Below, one piece after another: positions 20,991-32,065 of a DNA stretch of 64,000 nucleotides. Under the pieces are notes generated by a model that ran no database searches, was not told the DNA's origin, and saw only the letters and a program-made list of their open reading frames with translations. The translations under genes were made by a program, and so were the position numbers. The first letter of the stretch is position 1. Each line of letters opens with the position of its first letter. The DNA comes from an uncultured Phycisphaerales bacterium (GTDB taxonomy: Bacteria; Planctomycetota; Phycisphaerae; Tepidisphaerales; Tepidisphaeraceae): positions 480,001-544,000 of the forward strand of contig CAWJPJ010000006.1 in assembly GCA_963844715.1 (NCBI GenBank), given 5' to 3'.

Positions 20991-21887
20991 GTGGCAAGAG
21001 AACCCTGGCGGGCATTTCGCGTCGGATCATGGGCGTCCGCCGCGGCGGCAATTGGCATGGTAGCGCTGCTTATCAGCCGTTCGCCCGTCGCCCGCGCCCA
21101 GACCAGCGGAACCACGGACGTCCTCAAACTTCAGCTTGAGGTCGATGCTCTTTCAACCATCAACGATCTGCATTTAACCCCCTCGCAATTGTCCGCCTTG
21201 CAGGATTTGGCCGCCGATACGACCGCCGCTTTGCCCGCGGGTTCGATGAACGTCTCCGCCGCCCGCGCCACGGCTTTGGCGGAATTGAAAGCCGCCTTGC
21301 TTACGGGCAACGACGACAAGATCGACGACGCCGAGGATAACGTCTCGTCCCTTGAGGATGAGGACAACGGCGACGACGAGCCGGATATCGAGCCGACCGA
21401 CGCCGCCAAAGGGAAGGTCACCCAGGCAATCAAGCTACTGACCGCCCGGCAGCTTGCCGGTTATATCTCGGCAAATTCCGACGATGTCCCGGACCCGGCG
21501 GAAATCCTCACCGACGCCGTCAACAAGTGCCAAGATGTCTCCAAGGACGATTACGATTCTTTGAAGGACGACACAACCGATCAGTTGGGTGAATTGGCCG
21601 GAGGACTGTCGCCGACCAAAACGCCCGCCATCATCGGAAAGGCGGCGCGCTTTCTGGACGCGGCCCGCAAACTCTCCCCGACGGATTTCAAAAACCAGCT
21701 CCCCCCCCTTCAGGATGAGGCCCGCAAGCTGGGCGGCTCGATTGATCCGGTGGTTTGCATCCGGCACTGGATGGAGTCGGACCTGGCCGATCTCCTTTCT
21801 AATCCCCAGTTGCCACAGGCTTTAGCGGATCACGGCGTCACACCAAAACCGGCGGGAAATAACGATCAAACATCGGCGTTTAACTGA
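20991..21887 (+). CDS. Exported acidic helical hypothetical protein (true start may be slightly downstream)
   Basis: Signal-like segment ending ARAQ; long ORF with GC3-biased codons. Confidence 0.7.
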   Translation: MAREPWRAFRVGSWASAAAAIGMVALLISRSPVARAQTSGTTDVLKLQLEVDALSTINDLHLTPSQLSALQDLAADTTAALPAGSMNVSAARATALAELKAALLTGNDDKIDDAEDNVSSLEDEDNGDDEPDIEPTDAAKGKVTQAIKLLTARQLAGYISANSDDVPDPAEILTDAVNKCQDVSKDDYDSLKDDTTDQLGELAGGLSPTKTPAIIGKAARFLDAARKLSPTDFKNQLPPLQDEARKLGGSIDPVVCIRHWMESDLADLLSNPQLPQALADHGVTPKPAGNNDQTSAFN

Positions 21888-21923
21888 TTGATGGGGCGGG
21901 AAAACCTGGAGCGAGGGCTGCAC

Positions 21924-22190
21924 ATGGCGGGAAGAAAGCTTCTGATCCTGATTGCGACACTGGCCATCGGTCTGACCACTTTATTGCCCGACGAAGGCCT
22001 TGCAGGAACAACGCCAGGCGCCCCAGGCGTGACCGAGCCGCAGTATATGACCGTGATGGCGGTCAAGCATCGCCGCAGGCGCCGTCACATTCGCGTTCTC
22101 CTGATCAAAAACAAGCACCACAAGCACCATAAGCATCACAAGAAACGCAGAAGGCGCCATCATAAGATGTCGACCAATCGCGCGGCCTGA
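21924..22190 (+). CDS. Small secreted His/Lys/Arg-rich protein
   Basis: Signal-like N-terminus; KHRRRRRH..KHHKHHKHHKKRRRRHHK tail; GAGGG RBS-like site. Confidence 0.6.
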   Translation: MAGRKLLILIATLAIGLTTLLPDEGLAGTTPGAPGVTEPQYMTVMAVKHRRRRRHIRVLLIKNKHHKHHKHHKKRRRRHHKMSTNRAA

Positions 22191-24632
22191 TCATCCCGGC
22201 TCAAGCTTCAGGTAAATCACCGTCACAGAATACGCCGGCACGTCGTCGTGAAAGATCGGCGATACCTCCGTCAAATCCCTCCGATGCGGCGCGACTTTCA
22301 TCGGCGCGGCGATCGAATTGAAATCGCCCGGCTGGCCCGTCAGAACTTCCGTCCTGGCCCAGGGAAGCAGGTGCTCAATCCCCATCAAGTCAAACTCAAA
22401 TCGCCGGGCCTGATCCGCGGTATTGACGATCTGCAAAGTCATCTGAGACCCGTCCACGGATCGGCTCGCCAAGGCAAAAAGCGTCGGCGTCGGCGGAACC
22501 GGCGCGTCCACACCTTGATTGGTGAGCTGCCCGTCGAGATAACATTGAATTTTTCGGCCATACACCACAACCCGCAGATCATGCCATTTGCCAGATTCGA
22601 GCGTAATCGGCTGGGAGTCGCCGATCGCCGTGGTGACCCCGTCGGAAACCCTTTCGATCTTGGCCGCAGTGTTGTGCGATCCCCCGATCGTCCAGCGCAC
22701 GAAATCTTCGGCATCCCGGTAATGAACGTAGACGATGATGCCGTTTTCCCCATCGAGTTTTCTCGCCTTGAGTGAGATCGTGTAATCCGCAAGGCCCGCA
22801 TCGCCCGCAGTCGCCCGGCAGTCGCCGCGATCCGACGATTGACGCAGCGCCCCGTCCACCACACTCCAGTTCCCCTTGCTTAGTTTCCATCCGTCAGCTC
22901 CGCTCGTCGCATCCCATTGAAAAATGGAGCGATCACCGGCGCTGACCGAAATGTCCTTGAATTCCGCGCTGGTACTGGTGGACCCAACCCCAAATCCGCC
23001 GCTCGGCATCGCCGGCGAGGGGTTCGTCGCCGCGTCCGGCAACTCAATCCGCAGCGGCAAAATTCGCTGCCCGCGAATTCCCGTGAACATTTTCTGCACA
23101 TAATACGACGGCGAGCCGAAGCTGCTCACCGCGTCATATCCGACTAAATTGGTCGACCATTGCGAAGCCCCGGGGTTCACATTCACCAGCAGCGGCGCGT
23201 AACACGACATCACAACCAGGTCCGAATTCCTCTCCATCCCCATCAGCCAGACCGCATCGGCAAGAGACGCCCGCAGATTCGGCGTCGGCTTGCCTTCCTT
23301 CGTCGCCCACTCGCCGACAAACACTTTCGGCCCGGAACGTTCCTGATCGTCGTAATGGTCTGCGTCGCGTTCCATGTGGCGATGGGAGCGGTAAAAATGA
23401 TCGTCGCGCAAATCCGGAGTCCGGCTCCCCACGCCGGCTGTGGCAATAATCTTCAGCTTCGGATATTTCGCCTTGATGGCGTCGTAAAACTGAGTGAACC
23501 GGTCGTCGTAGCTTTGCGAGCGATCGAAAAAGTCCTCATTGCCGATTTCGACATAATTCAAACGAAACGGACTGGCGTGCCCTTCGATTGCCCGCGCACG
23601 ACCCCAGTGCGTGGAAGGACCACCAGTAATGAATTCAATCTCATCTAGCGCGTCCTGAACATAGGGCGCCAGGTCCTTTCCCGGCTTCACGACTTCCCCT
23701 TTCAGCGAATACCCCGCATAAACGGCCAGCACCGGCTCCATGTGCAAATCCTCGCACCATTGGCAGAACTCCATCAGACCCATTCCGTCCGATGAGCGAT
23801 ATCCCCACGGCCCCATGTGCCCGGGCCGCTGGTCCAGAGCGCCGATCGTCTTCTTCCAATCGAATCGATCGGCGATGGTGTTCCCTTCCAGATAATTTCC
23901 ACCCGGAAAGCGCAAAAATGCGGGATGCAGGTCTGCCAGAAGTTTCATCAAATCGATGCGATTGCCGTTGGGGCGATTGTCGTAAGTCGGCGGGAAAAGG
24001 GAGACGAGGTTCAGCCAGATATTCCCGGGACTGGAAGCCGAAATCACCAGCCGATTGTCCGCGCTCGCCGGCACGCTGCCGGTTTGCAGGATCGTCCAAT
24101 ACTGCTGCCAGGCGGTGGAAATCTTCGGGACGATGCCCGTCGCATAGATGATCTTGCCGTTTTTTGATTCGATATCGACTGCGATCGGCCCCGAGAAATC
24201 CGGGCTTCCCCGCGCCCAGAATGACGCGGTATACCGCGTCGTGGGCCAGACCGGAATTCCCCAGAACCCGTCGTTGGCAACCCCAACTCGCCCGTGATTG
24301 ATATCCAAACGCAAACTGGCCGAGAGGGCCCCATGAGTCAGCGGATCAGACCCATCCAGCGCCATCGCCCCATCGGCATCCGCATCCTCGACCAGCGACC
24401 AATGCACAGGCTTGTCCGGGTCATCCTTGAAAATCCGATTCTGAACCAGCTCCGCATACAGACCGCCGTCGTACGAATGATTGATCTCCTCCGTCATCAG
24501 CCCAAAGAGGCGCGGGCTGATCGTGATTCCCGGCTGATCCATTTCAACCGTGATGGTTCCGCTCGATTGCCCCAGCGCGACGCCGCTCCAGATAAACAGC
24601 GCACAGATCGCGACGACGGTTTTTGTATTCAC
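22191..24632 (-). CDS. GH51 alpha-L-arabinofuranosidase with CBM4-like and inserted ConA-like domains
   Basis: EEINHSYDGGLYAEL, LRFPGGN, EIGNE, VFVGEWA, MERNSDLV, YAPLL. Confidence 0.92.
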   Translation of the reverse strand: MNTKTVVAICALFIWSGVALGQSSGTITVEMDQPGITISPRLFGLMTEEINHSYDGGLYAELVQNRIFKDDPDKPVHWSLVEDADADGAMALDGSDPLTHGALSASLRLDINHGRVGVANDGFWGIPVWPTTRYTASFWARGSPDFSGPIAVDIESKNGKIIYATGIVPKISTAWQQYWTILQTGSVPASADNRLVISASSPGNIWLNLVSLFPPTYDNRPNGNRIDLMKLLADLHPAFLRFPGGNYLEGNTIADRFDWKKTIGALDQRPGHMGPWGYRSSDGMGLMEFCQWCEDLHMEPVLAVYAGYSLKGEVVKPGKDLAPYVQDALDEIEFITGGPSTHWGRARAIEGHASPFRLNYVEIGNEDFFDRSQSYDDRFTQFYDAIKAKYPKLKIIATAGVGSRTPDLRDDHFYRSHRHMERDADHYDDQERSGPKVFVGEWATKEGKPTPNLRASLADAVWLMGMERNSDLVVMSCYAPLLVNVNPGASQWSTNLVGYDAVSSFGSPSYYVQKMFTGIRGQRILPLRIELPDAATNPSPAMPSGGFGVGSTSTSAEFKDISVSAGDRSIFQWDATSGADGWKLSKGNWSVVDGALRQSSDRGDCRATAGDAGLADYTISLKARKLDGENGIIVYVHYRDAEDFVRWTIGGSHNTAAKIERVSDGVTTAIGDSQPITLESGKWHDLRVVVYGRKIQCYLDGQLTNQGVDAPVPPTPTLFALASRSVDGSQMTLQIVNTADQARRFEFDLMGIEHLLPWARTEVLTGQPGDFNSIAAPMKVAPHRRDLTEVSPIFHDDVPAYSVTVIYLKLEPG

Positions 24633-25585
24633 GTGATCGGCTTTCGTTTTTTACGCGCCCGGCGGGCCAACAGCTCATCCACCGTCGCGCCAAGAAGAAT
24701 GACCGTGCCCATCACGGCCAGATTCAGCGAACTTGGAATTCCAAGCAAATTCACCAGGTTCTGCAAGACCTGAAGCAGGGCGCTCCCCAGGAGAATGCCG
24801 ATGATCGACCCCTCCCCGCCGCGCAAACTGCACCCGCCCAACACGGCCCCGGCAATTCCGTATAGCTCATAGGACGCCCCATGCCCGCTGGGCGAAACCG
24901 AATTGGTGTAGAACGCCAGTTGAATCCCGGAGATCGCCGCCAGAAGCATGGAGACGGCATACGCCGACCCGATCACCAGCCGCGTATTAATTCCCGAATA
25001 TCGCGACGCTTCCTCGTTGCGCCCGACCGCGAACAAATGCCGGCCATAGACCGATCGGTGCAGAACCACCCACATCACCGCCGCGACGATCAGCAGCGTG
25101 ACAAACGCCATCGGCACATGCCCGACCCGCCCCGTCGCCAGCGGCCTGAGCCAGCCAAAATTGCTTGTGCCGAAGCCTTTGGTCTCGTCATTGGCGACGA
25201 AGCGCGCCAGCCCGCGGTAGATCAGCAAGCCGCACAACGTCACGACGAACGGCTGAAGCCGCAGAACCGTGATGAGAATCCCATGAATCACACCCAGCAG
25301 CACCACGCCGAGGATGACCGCCGCCGTCGCCACAGGCCATGGCCAATGATATTGCATGAGAAGCATCGACAGCACGACGCCTTGCAGCGCGAAGACGGAG
25401 CCGACCGACAAGTCGATCCCGCCCGTGATGATGACGATCCCCATGCCAATGCTGAAGATTCCATACATGCCGATGAGACGGGACGTGTTCTGAAGATTCG
25501 CCGTGCTCAGGAATTTGGGATTAAGAATCGCGACCGTAGCGCAGAGCGCGGCCAGAAGGAATCCAATCCCCAGTTCCTTCTTCAT
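24629..25585 (-). CDS. Sugar ABC transporter permease (RbsC-like)
   Basis: [44 protein letters not shown]. Confidence 0.92.
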   Translation of the reverse strand: MKKELGIGFLLAALCATVAILNPKFLSTANLQNTSRLIGMYGIFSIGMGIVIITGGIDLSVGSVFALQGVVLSMLLMQYHWPWPVATAAVILGVVLLGVIHGILITVLRLQPFVVTLCGLLIYRGLARFVANDETKGFGTSNFGWLRPLATGRVGHVPMAFVTLLIVAAVMWVVLHRSVYGRHLFAVGRNEEASRYSGINTRLVIGSAYAVSMLLAAISGIQLAFYTNSVSPSGHGASYELYGIAGAVLGGCSLRGGEGSIIGILLGSALLQVLQNLVNLLGIPSSLNLAVMGTVILLGATVDELLARRARKKRKPIT

Positions 25586-27063
25586 GCCGCCTCCCCAAAA
25601 GCCAGCTTGAGCACCGCATGCTCGGAAAATTCGCCGCGATTGAGAATTCCGGCGATCTGGCCCTCGCGCATGACCATGATTCGATCACTAATCCCCAGTA
25701 CCTCCTCCATATCGCTGGAGATGGCGATCACCGCCACTCCTGAATCAGCCAGCTCGCGCAACAGCCGGTAAATCTCCGCTTTCGCCCCGACATCAATCCC
25801 GCCGCGTCGGCTCGTCCACAATCAAAATCTTCGGCCCGCACGCCAACCATTTGGCCACGACCACTTTCTGCTGATTCCCTCCCGAAAGATTCGCCACCCG
25901 CGCCTCGATCCCCGCCGTTTTGATCCGAAGCCGCTGCACTTCCCTCTTTGCAAGCCCCCTCTCGATCTTCGATCTCACGATTCCCAACGTCGCACATCGC
26001 CCCAATTGCGGCAGAGAAATATTCTCCCCAACGCTCGAATCCAGCAGCAACCCAAACCGCCGCCGGTCTTCAGGAACCAGATAAATTCCCGCCGCGATGG
26101 CGTCCGTCGCGCTGGCGATATGCAGCTTTGTCCCATCCAGACTGATTTCCCCCTCCAAGAGCGGCTCAACCCCAAACAATCCCGCCGCCAATTCCGATCT
26201 CCCCGCACCAACCAGCCCGGCGATGCCCAGTATTTCGCCCCCCGCCGCCGTGAAACTCACCCGAGCCTTCGGCCACGCCGCCGTTCGCGCCTCCCGCACT
26301 TCCACTCGTGGCCGGGGCGCTCTCTTCGGCGGAATATGCAAATCAGAAAGCTCCCGCCCGATCATGAGCCGCACCATCTTCTCGTGCGAAATCTCCGTTC
26401 GAGAAAGCCCCCCCGCATTCTTTCCGTCGCGCAGGGCGACAACGCGATGGGCGATCTGCCTGATCTCTCCAAGCCGGTGCGAGATGTAAACGATGGCCAC
26501 CCCCGCCGCGCTCAGTTCCTTGACGACCTCTAGCAGCCGCTGCGTCTCCGTATTCGTCAAAGAACTGCTCGGCTCGTCGAGAATTAATATCCGCGCGTCC
26601 AGCGACAAGGCTTTAGCGATTTCCGCCATCTGCCTTTGCGCCAGCGACAACTCCGCCAGCGCCGTCCTCGGCGAAATCCGCAAGCCCAATCGCTCCAAAT
26701 GCGGCCGGCTGCGGCGTTCCATCGCTCTGCCATCCAGAAACCATCCCAATCGCCTCGGCTCGCGCCCAAAAACAGATTTCCCGCCACGTCCAGGTTATCC
26801 AGCAGATTCAGTTCCTGATGAACAAACCCGATCCCCAGGCCGACCGAATCGGACACCGAGCGAATCTGCACCGGCTTCTCATCCAGTAGAATCGATCCCC
26901 CATCCGGAGCGACCACGCCCCCAAGAATATTCATCAGCGTAGATTTCCCCGCGCCGTTCTCCCCTATGACGGCCAGGACTTCCCCTCGATTGAGCGAAAG
27001 ATTCACGCGGTCCAGCGCAACCACGCCTCCGAATCGTTTACTGATCGCCAGCAACTTGAGCAT
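25582..27063 (-). CDS. Sugar ABC transporter ATP-binding protein (RbsA-like; frameshifted)
   Basis: [41 protein letters not shown]. Confidence 0.92.
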
Positions 27064-28040
27064 CAGCGCCCGCGCAATTGATTCAGCTTGGCAGTGAAAT
27101 CGTCCACGTTGGTCGCATCGACCGCCAGCGTGGGAGTGAAAATCTGTTTGCCCGGCGGAACCACGGACTGATCGCCGCCAAGATACTTTGCCATCAGCGT
27201 GATCGCCTGATGCCCGAATTCGTATGGCTGCTGCACCACCGTGGCGAATATCGCCCCGGATTTGACCCCCGCCAAGGTCTCGTCCTCTTCGTCAAAACAC
27301 ACGATCTTCACTTTCCCGACTTTCCCCGCATCCTTCACCGCGCTCAAAATCGCCGGGCCGTTGTAACTCCAAAGCCCCACGAGAGCCGCCGCGTCCGGAT
27401 TATTCACCAGCGTATCGGCCGCGTTTGCCTTGGCCCGCACGCGATCCGAATCATCCGTGCGCACGTCGATGATGGAGATGTTCGTCCCATCCAGCGCCTG
27501 TTTGATGCCGGAATACCGATCCTTCGCGTTCTGCGCATCGAGCGTCCCGACGAAAAGCATGATCTTTCCGCCGTTGGGCAACGCCTTCTTGATCAGTTCC
27601 CCGGCCAGTTTCCCGGCGTCGACGTTATTCGTGCCGACATAACAAACCCGGTCGCTGTCCGCCGCATCCGAATCATGGCAGAAGAGAAGCGTCTGCTTCG
27701 CCACCTCGTTCAGCTTCGGCGTTTCATTCGTCGGATCGACGGGCGAGATCGAAATGCCATCCACCCCCTTGGCCAAAAGATCGTCGATAATGCGCACCTG
27801 CGTGGCGGCCGTCCCGTCGCCGGGAATCTGAAAATCGACTTGAATGTTGGGAAGCTCCGCCTGAGCCTTCATGCACCCCGCCCGGGCGATCGTCCAGAAG
27901 TCGGAAGCATTATTCGTCACGAACGCCAGATGGAGAATTTTCGGCCCCGCCTGCGGCGCGCTGGATGATGATTTCCCACACCCCGCAAATAGAGTTAGAG
28001 CGAGAACCGCCCAGCCGCCCAGCGCGATCGATCTGGCCAT
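27063..28040 (-). CDS. Sugar ABC transporter substrate-binding lipoprotein
   Basis: Lipobox FAGC; NNASDFW, YVGTNN, VVQQPYEFG. Confidence 0.9.
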   Translation of the reverse strand: MARSIALGGWAVLALTLFAGCGKSSSSAPQAGPKILHLAFVTNNASDFWTIARAGCMKAQAELPNIQVDFQIPGDGTAATQVRIIDDLLAKGVDGISISPVDPTNETPKLNEVAKQTLLFCHDSDAADSDRVCYVGTNNVDAGKLAGELIKKALPNGGKIMLFVGTLDAQNAKDRYSGIKQALDGTNISIIDVRTDDSDRVRAKANAADTLVNNPDAAALVGLWSYNGPAILSAVKDAGKVGKVKIVCFDEEDETLAGVKSGAIFATVVQQPYEFGHQAITLMAKYLGGDQSVVPPGKQIFTPTLAVDATNVDDFTAKLNQLRGR

Positions 28041-28175
28041 GTTGTGCCGCTCCTCAGCCACCTTCGCCGGCGAATTGACCCCGCAAAGAATACGGCCGCG
28101 CCTCCCCCTGTTCAAGCAAAAGTCCCGGCAGGTGCTCGTCTTGCGGCAAGGGTCTCGCCCGTTTACATTTCCGAA

Positions 28176-29317
28176 ATGCGGGAGTCCTTCTGGCGGGCCA
28201 TTCGGCTTTGCTCGTTATTACTGGCGATATCTTTGGCCCTCACCGGCTGCAAGAAACAACAGACCCAAAGCAATGAAATCCTCGTCGGAGAATATGGCTC
28301 CCTCACCGGTTCCACGGCCGTTTTCGGGCAAGGCACGCATAACGGCATCATGCTCGCCGTCGATCAGGTCAACGCCGCCGGCGGTTTGCTCGGGAAACCC
28401 GTGCAGCGTCATCACCGAGGACGATGAGGGGAATCAGGACGAAGCCGTTTCTGTCGTGAAGAAATTGATCGATCTCGACGGCGTCTGCGGAATCCTCGGC
28501 GAAGTCGCCAGCACGCGCAGCCTCGCCGGCGGCGGCGTCTGCGAGCAGGAACATGTGCCGATGATCTCCCCGTCCAGCACGAACCCCGACGTCACCAAGG
28601 ATCGAAAGTACGTCTTCCGGGTCTGCTTCACGGACGATTTCCAGGGTTCCGTCGGGCGCGCAATTTGCCGTCAAAAAGGGATGGAAGAAAGTCGCGATCC
28701 TTTCCAGCGCCAATTCCGATTACAGCAAAAAGCTTTCCTACTTTTTTAAGCAATCATTTGTTCAATACGGCCAGATCGTGGCCGAGGAAACCTACAACGA
28801 CGGCGACACGAATTTCGCCCCCCAGCTTACGCGCATTCGCGCCGCCAATCCCGACGCCGTCTATCTTCCCGGTTATTACACCGAGATTGGATTGATCCTG
28901 AAGCAGGCGCGCGACTTGGGGATCACCTGCCCCTTCTTCGGCGGCGACGGCTGGGACGGCGTCACCCTGGATAAAAACTCCGACGGCTGTTTCTTCACCA
29001 ATCACTATTCCCCCGAAGACCCGCGGCCCAGCGTGCAGGCCTTCATCAAAGACTACGAAGCCAAATATAACGGCCAGGTGCCGGATGCCTTCGGCATCAC
29101 CGGCTACGATGCCGCCAACGTGATGTTCGACGCCATCCGCCGCGCCGGCTCGACCGATCGCGACGCCATCACCGCCGCTATCGCTTCGACGACCAATTTC
29201 CCCGGCGCCGGCGGGTCCATCACCATCGACGCAAATCACAACGCCAAGAAACCAATCTGCATTCTGGAAATCAGCGGCGGCGCCACGCACCTTGCGGACA
29301 CCATCCAGCCGCAGTAA
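28176..29317 (+). CDS. livK: Branched-chain amino acid ABC substrate-binding lipoprotein (frameshifted)
   Basis: Lipobox LTGC; SLTG..FG, GEVAS, SSTNP, FRVCFTDDFQG, GGDGW, TNHYSP. Confidence 0.88.
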
Positions 29318-29322
29318 CCCCC

Positions 29323-30255
29323 ATGGACATCCTGTTGCAGCAATTGATCAACGGACTCGCCATCGGCGCGGTCTACGCCCTGATCGCGCTGGGATACACG
29401 ATGGTCTATGGCGTCCTCAAATTCATCAACTTCGCCCACGGCGACGTTTACATGGTCGGCGCGGTCATCGGCTACGCCCTGGCCGTCTTTTTTTTGCACG
29501 CCGGCGCGCCGCCAGGTGTCACCCTCACCCTCATCTTCCTCGGCGCGATGCTCGGCTGCGCCATTCTGGGCTTCTTCATCGAACTCCTCTGCTACCGCCC
29601 GCTGAGAAACCGCCCGCGCCTGGTCGCCCTTATCACCGCCATCGGCGTCTCGCTTCTGCTGGAAAATTTCTTCCAAAATCCCGCGATCTTCGGCGCCAAT
29701 CCGCGCACCATGCCACACATGTTCGACATTAAGCCGGTGTTCATTTTCCACGTCGGCTCATCGCCGAATCCGGTCACGGTCAACAATCTCGATCTGATCA
29801 GCTTCTGCCTTTGCTTGGTTTTAATGATCGGGCTCACCTGGTTCGTCCTCAAAACCCGCACCGGCCTGGCTCTTCGCGCCGTCTCCTTCCGATTCGACAC
29901 AGCCTCCCTCATGGGCATCAACACTGACTGGGTCATCTCCGTAACCTTCATGCTCGGCTCGGCGCTCGCGGCGGTCGCCGGCGTCGTCGACGCAATGCGC
30001 TATCACGTCGAGCCCCTCATGGGCCTGACCCAGGGCATCAAGGCGTTCGTAGCCGCGGTCCTCGGCGGCATCGGCAGCATCCCCGGCGCCGTCTTGGGCG
30101 GCTTCCTCATGGGCCTGGTCGAAACCCTCCTTAAAGGCTATCTCCCCAGCGCCTACACAGGCTATTCCGACGCCGCGTCCTTTTTCGTTCTCATTCTGAT
30201 TCTGCTCATTCGCCCGACGGGCCTGCTGGGTAGGCCCATGACGGAAAAAGTCTAG
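29323..30255 (+). CDS. livH: Branched-chain amino acid ABC permease
   Basis: QQLINGLAIGAVYALIALGYTMVYGVLKFINFAHG, VLGGIGS. Confidence 0.93.
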   Translation: MDILLQQLINGLAIGAVYALIALGYTMVYGVLKFINFAHGDVYMVGAVIGYALAVFFLHAGAPPGVTLTLIFLGAMLGCAILGFFIELLCYRPLRNRPRLVALITAIGVSLLLENFFQNPAIFGANPRTMPHMFDIKPVFIFHVGSSPNPVTVNNLDLISFCLCLVLMIGLTWFVLKTRTGLALRAVSFRFDTASLMGINTDWVISVTFMLGSALAAVAGVVDAMRYHVEPLMGLTQGIKAFVAAVLGGIGSIPGAVLGGFLMGLVETLLKGYLPSAYTGYSDAASFFVLILILLIRPTGLLGRPMTEKV

Positions 30256-30262
30256 CCAAGCC

Positions 30263-31306
30263 ATGAGCGCTCCTCGCCTCCCAATCTCTCCCACCATGAT
30301 CCACCCTCGGCGGGTTCCCGTCTGGGTCACGAATCTCGCCATCGCCATCGCCATCGTCGCCCTATGGCCCTTGAGCAACGCCTTCGAAAATAATCTCGAC
30401 CCCTATTTCCTCGATCTTCTCATCCACATCGGCATCGCCATCATTTTGGCCGTCAGTCTGAATCTCATTAACGGAATCACCGGACAATTCTCTCTCGGGC
30501 ACGCCGGGTTCATGGCCGTCGGCGCCTATACCGGCGGCATTCTCCTGAAGCATTACGATCCGCACGGCGCGGCACTGCCGGTGGTATTCCTGGGCCTAAT
30601 GCTCCTGGGCGGTCTCGCCGCCGCGGCGGCGGGGGTCATCGTCGGCGTCCCGACCCTCCGCCTGCGCGGCGACTATCTGGCCATCGCCACCCTCGGGTTC
30701 GGGCAAATCATCACCGTCATTCTCAACCAGATCGATTCCATCGGCTCTTTCGAAGTCGGCGGCTCCGCCGGGCTTCACAACATCCCCATCGTCGCCAACT
30801 TTTTCTGGACCTATCTGGCCGCCCTTCTTTGCATCGTGACCATTGGACGATTGGTCTATTCTCAAAAAGGCCGGCCGTTCTTCGCTGTCCGGGAGGATGA
30901 GATCGCCGCCGCCGCGATGGGGGTCGACACGACGTATTACAAAGTCGCCGCGTTCGTCATCGGCGCGTTCTTCGCCGGCACCGCAGGCGTTCTCTCGGCC
31001 ACCGTCTCGGGAAATCTCGACCCAGCCAGCTTCAACTTCGTCCGCTCCATCGAAATCGTCATGATGGTGGTCATCGGCGGCTCCGGCAGCATCACCGGCT
31101 CGATCCTGGCCGCCATCATCCTCACCATCCTCCCCGAATACCTCCGAGGCCTCGAATCCTGGCGGCTGGTCATCTACGCCCTCATCCTCATCATCATGAT
31201 GCTCGTCCGACCCGAAGGCGTTTTAGGCAACCGCGAACTCTGGCCCACGCCGCCGAAAACTGCGCCGTGGTTGCGCCGTAAATATGCCGCTGCTCGAAAT
31301 CAATAA
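30263..31306 (+). CDS. livM: Branched-chain amino acid ABC permease
   Basis: GQFSLGHAGF, LRLRGDYLAIATLGF, REDEIAA. Confidence 0.93.
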   Translation: MSAPRLPISPTMIHPRRVPVWVTNLAIAIAIVALWPLSNAFENNLDPYFLDLLIHIGIAIILAVSLNLINGITGQFSLGHAGFMAVGAYTGGILLKHYDPHGAALPVVFLGLMLLGGLAAAAAGVIVGVPTLRLRGDYLAIATLGFGQIITVILNQIDSIGSFEVGGSAGLHNIPIVANFFWTYLAALLCIVTIGRLVYSQKGRPFFAVREDEIAAAAMGVDTTYYKVAAFVIGAFFAGTAGVLSATVSGNLDPASFNFVRSIEIVMMVVIGGSGSITGSILAAIILTILPEYLRGLESWRLVIYALILIIMMLVRPEGVLGNRELWPTPPKTAPWLRRKYAAARNQ

Positions 31307-32054
31307 CCTCGGCATCCGATTCGGCGGTCTTCAAGCCCTCTCCGATTTCAACTTCTCCCTGGACCAGGACCAGCTCGTCGGCCTCATCGGCCCCAACGGC
31401 GCGGGCAAAACCACCGTCTTCAATATCGTCACCGGCGTCTATCAGCCCGACACCGGCGATGTCCTCCTCTGCGGAAAATCCATCGCCGGCGAAAAGCCGT
31501 TCCGCATCAATCGACTCGGCATCGCCCGCACCTTCCAAAACATCCGCCTCTTCGGCGGCATGACCGTGCTCGACAACGTCATGATCGGCTTCAACCAATC
31601 CGTCGCCCACGGCTTCCTCGGAACCATCCTCCGCACCCCCGAACAACAGCGCGAGGACCGCGAGCACGAGGATAAAGCGATCGAACTTCTGCGCGTCTTC
31701 GATCTATTGGAAAGAATGAACGACCCCGCCAGCACCCTCGCCTACGGCCCGCAAAGAAGGCTCGAAATCGCCCGCGCCCTGGCCACGCGCCCCAAGATTC
31801 TGCTTCTCGACGAACCCGCCGCCGGGATGAACCCGCGCGAGAAGGCTGAGCTGATGGACTTAATCGCCCTGGTGCGCAAGCAATTCGCCGTCGGCCTATG
31901 GCTCATCGAGCACGATATGAAGCTCGTCATGAGCATTTGCGAGCGGATCACGGTTCTGGATCACGGCGAAACCATCGCCGTGGGAACGCCGTCCGAAATC
32001 CAGGAAGACCCGCGCGTCATCGAGGCCTATCTGGGCAAACCCCAGCCGGCGTAG
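31284..32054 (+). CDS. livG: Branched-chain amino acid ABC ATPase
   Basis: GPNGAGKTT, RTFQNIRLF, LAYGPQRRLE, EAYLG. Confidence 0.93.
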   Translation: MPLLEINNLGIRFGGLQALSDFNFSLDQDQLVGLIGPNGAGKTTVFNIVTGVYQPDTGDVLLCGKSIAGEKPFRINRLGIARTFQNIRLFGGMTVLDNVMIGFNQSVAHGFLGTILRTPEQQREDREHEDKAIELLRVFDLLERMNDPASTLAYGPQRRLEIARALATRPKILLLDEPAAGMNPREKAELMDLIALVRKQFAVGLWLIEHDMKLVMSICERITVLDHGETIAVGTPSEIQEDPRVIEAYLGKPQPA

Positions 32055-32065
32055 AATAGCGCCCC

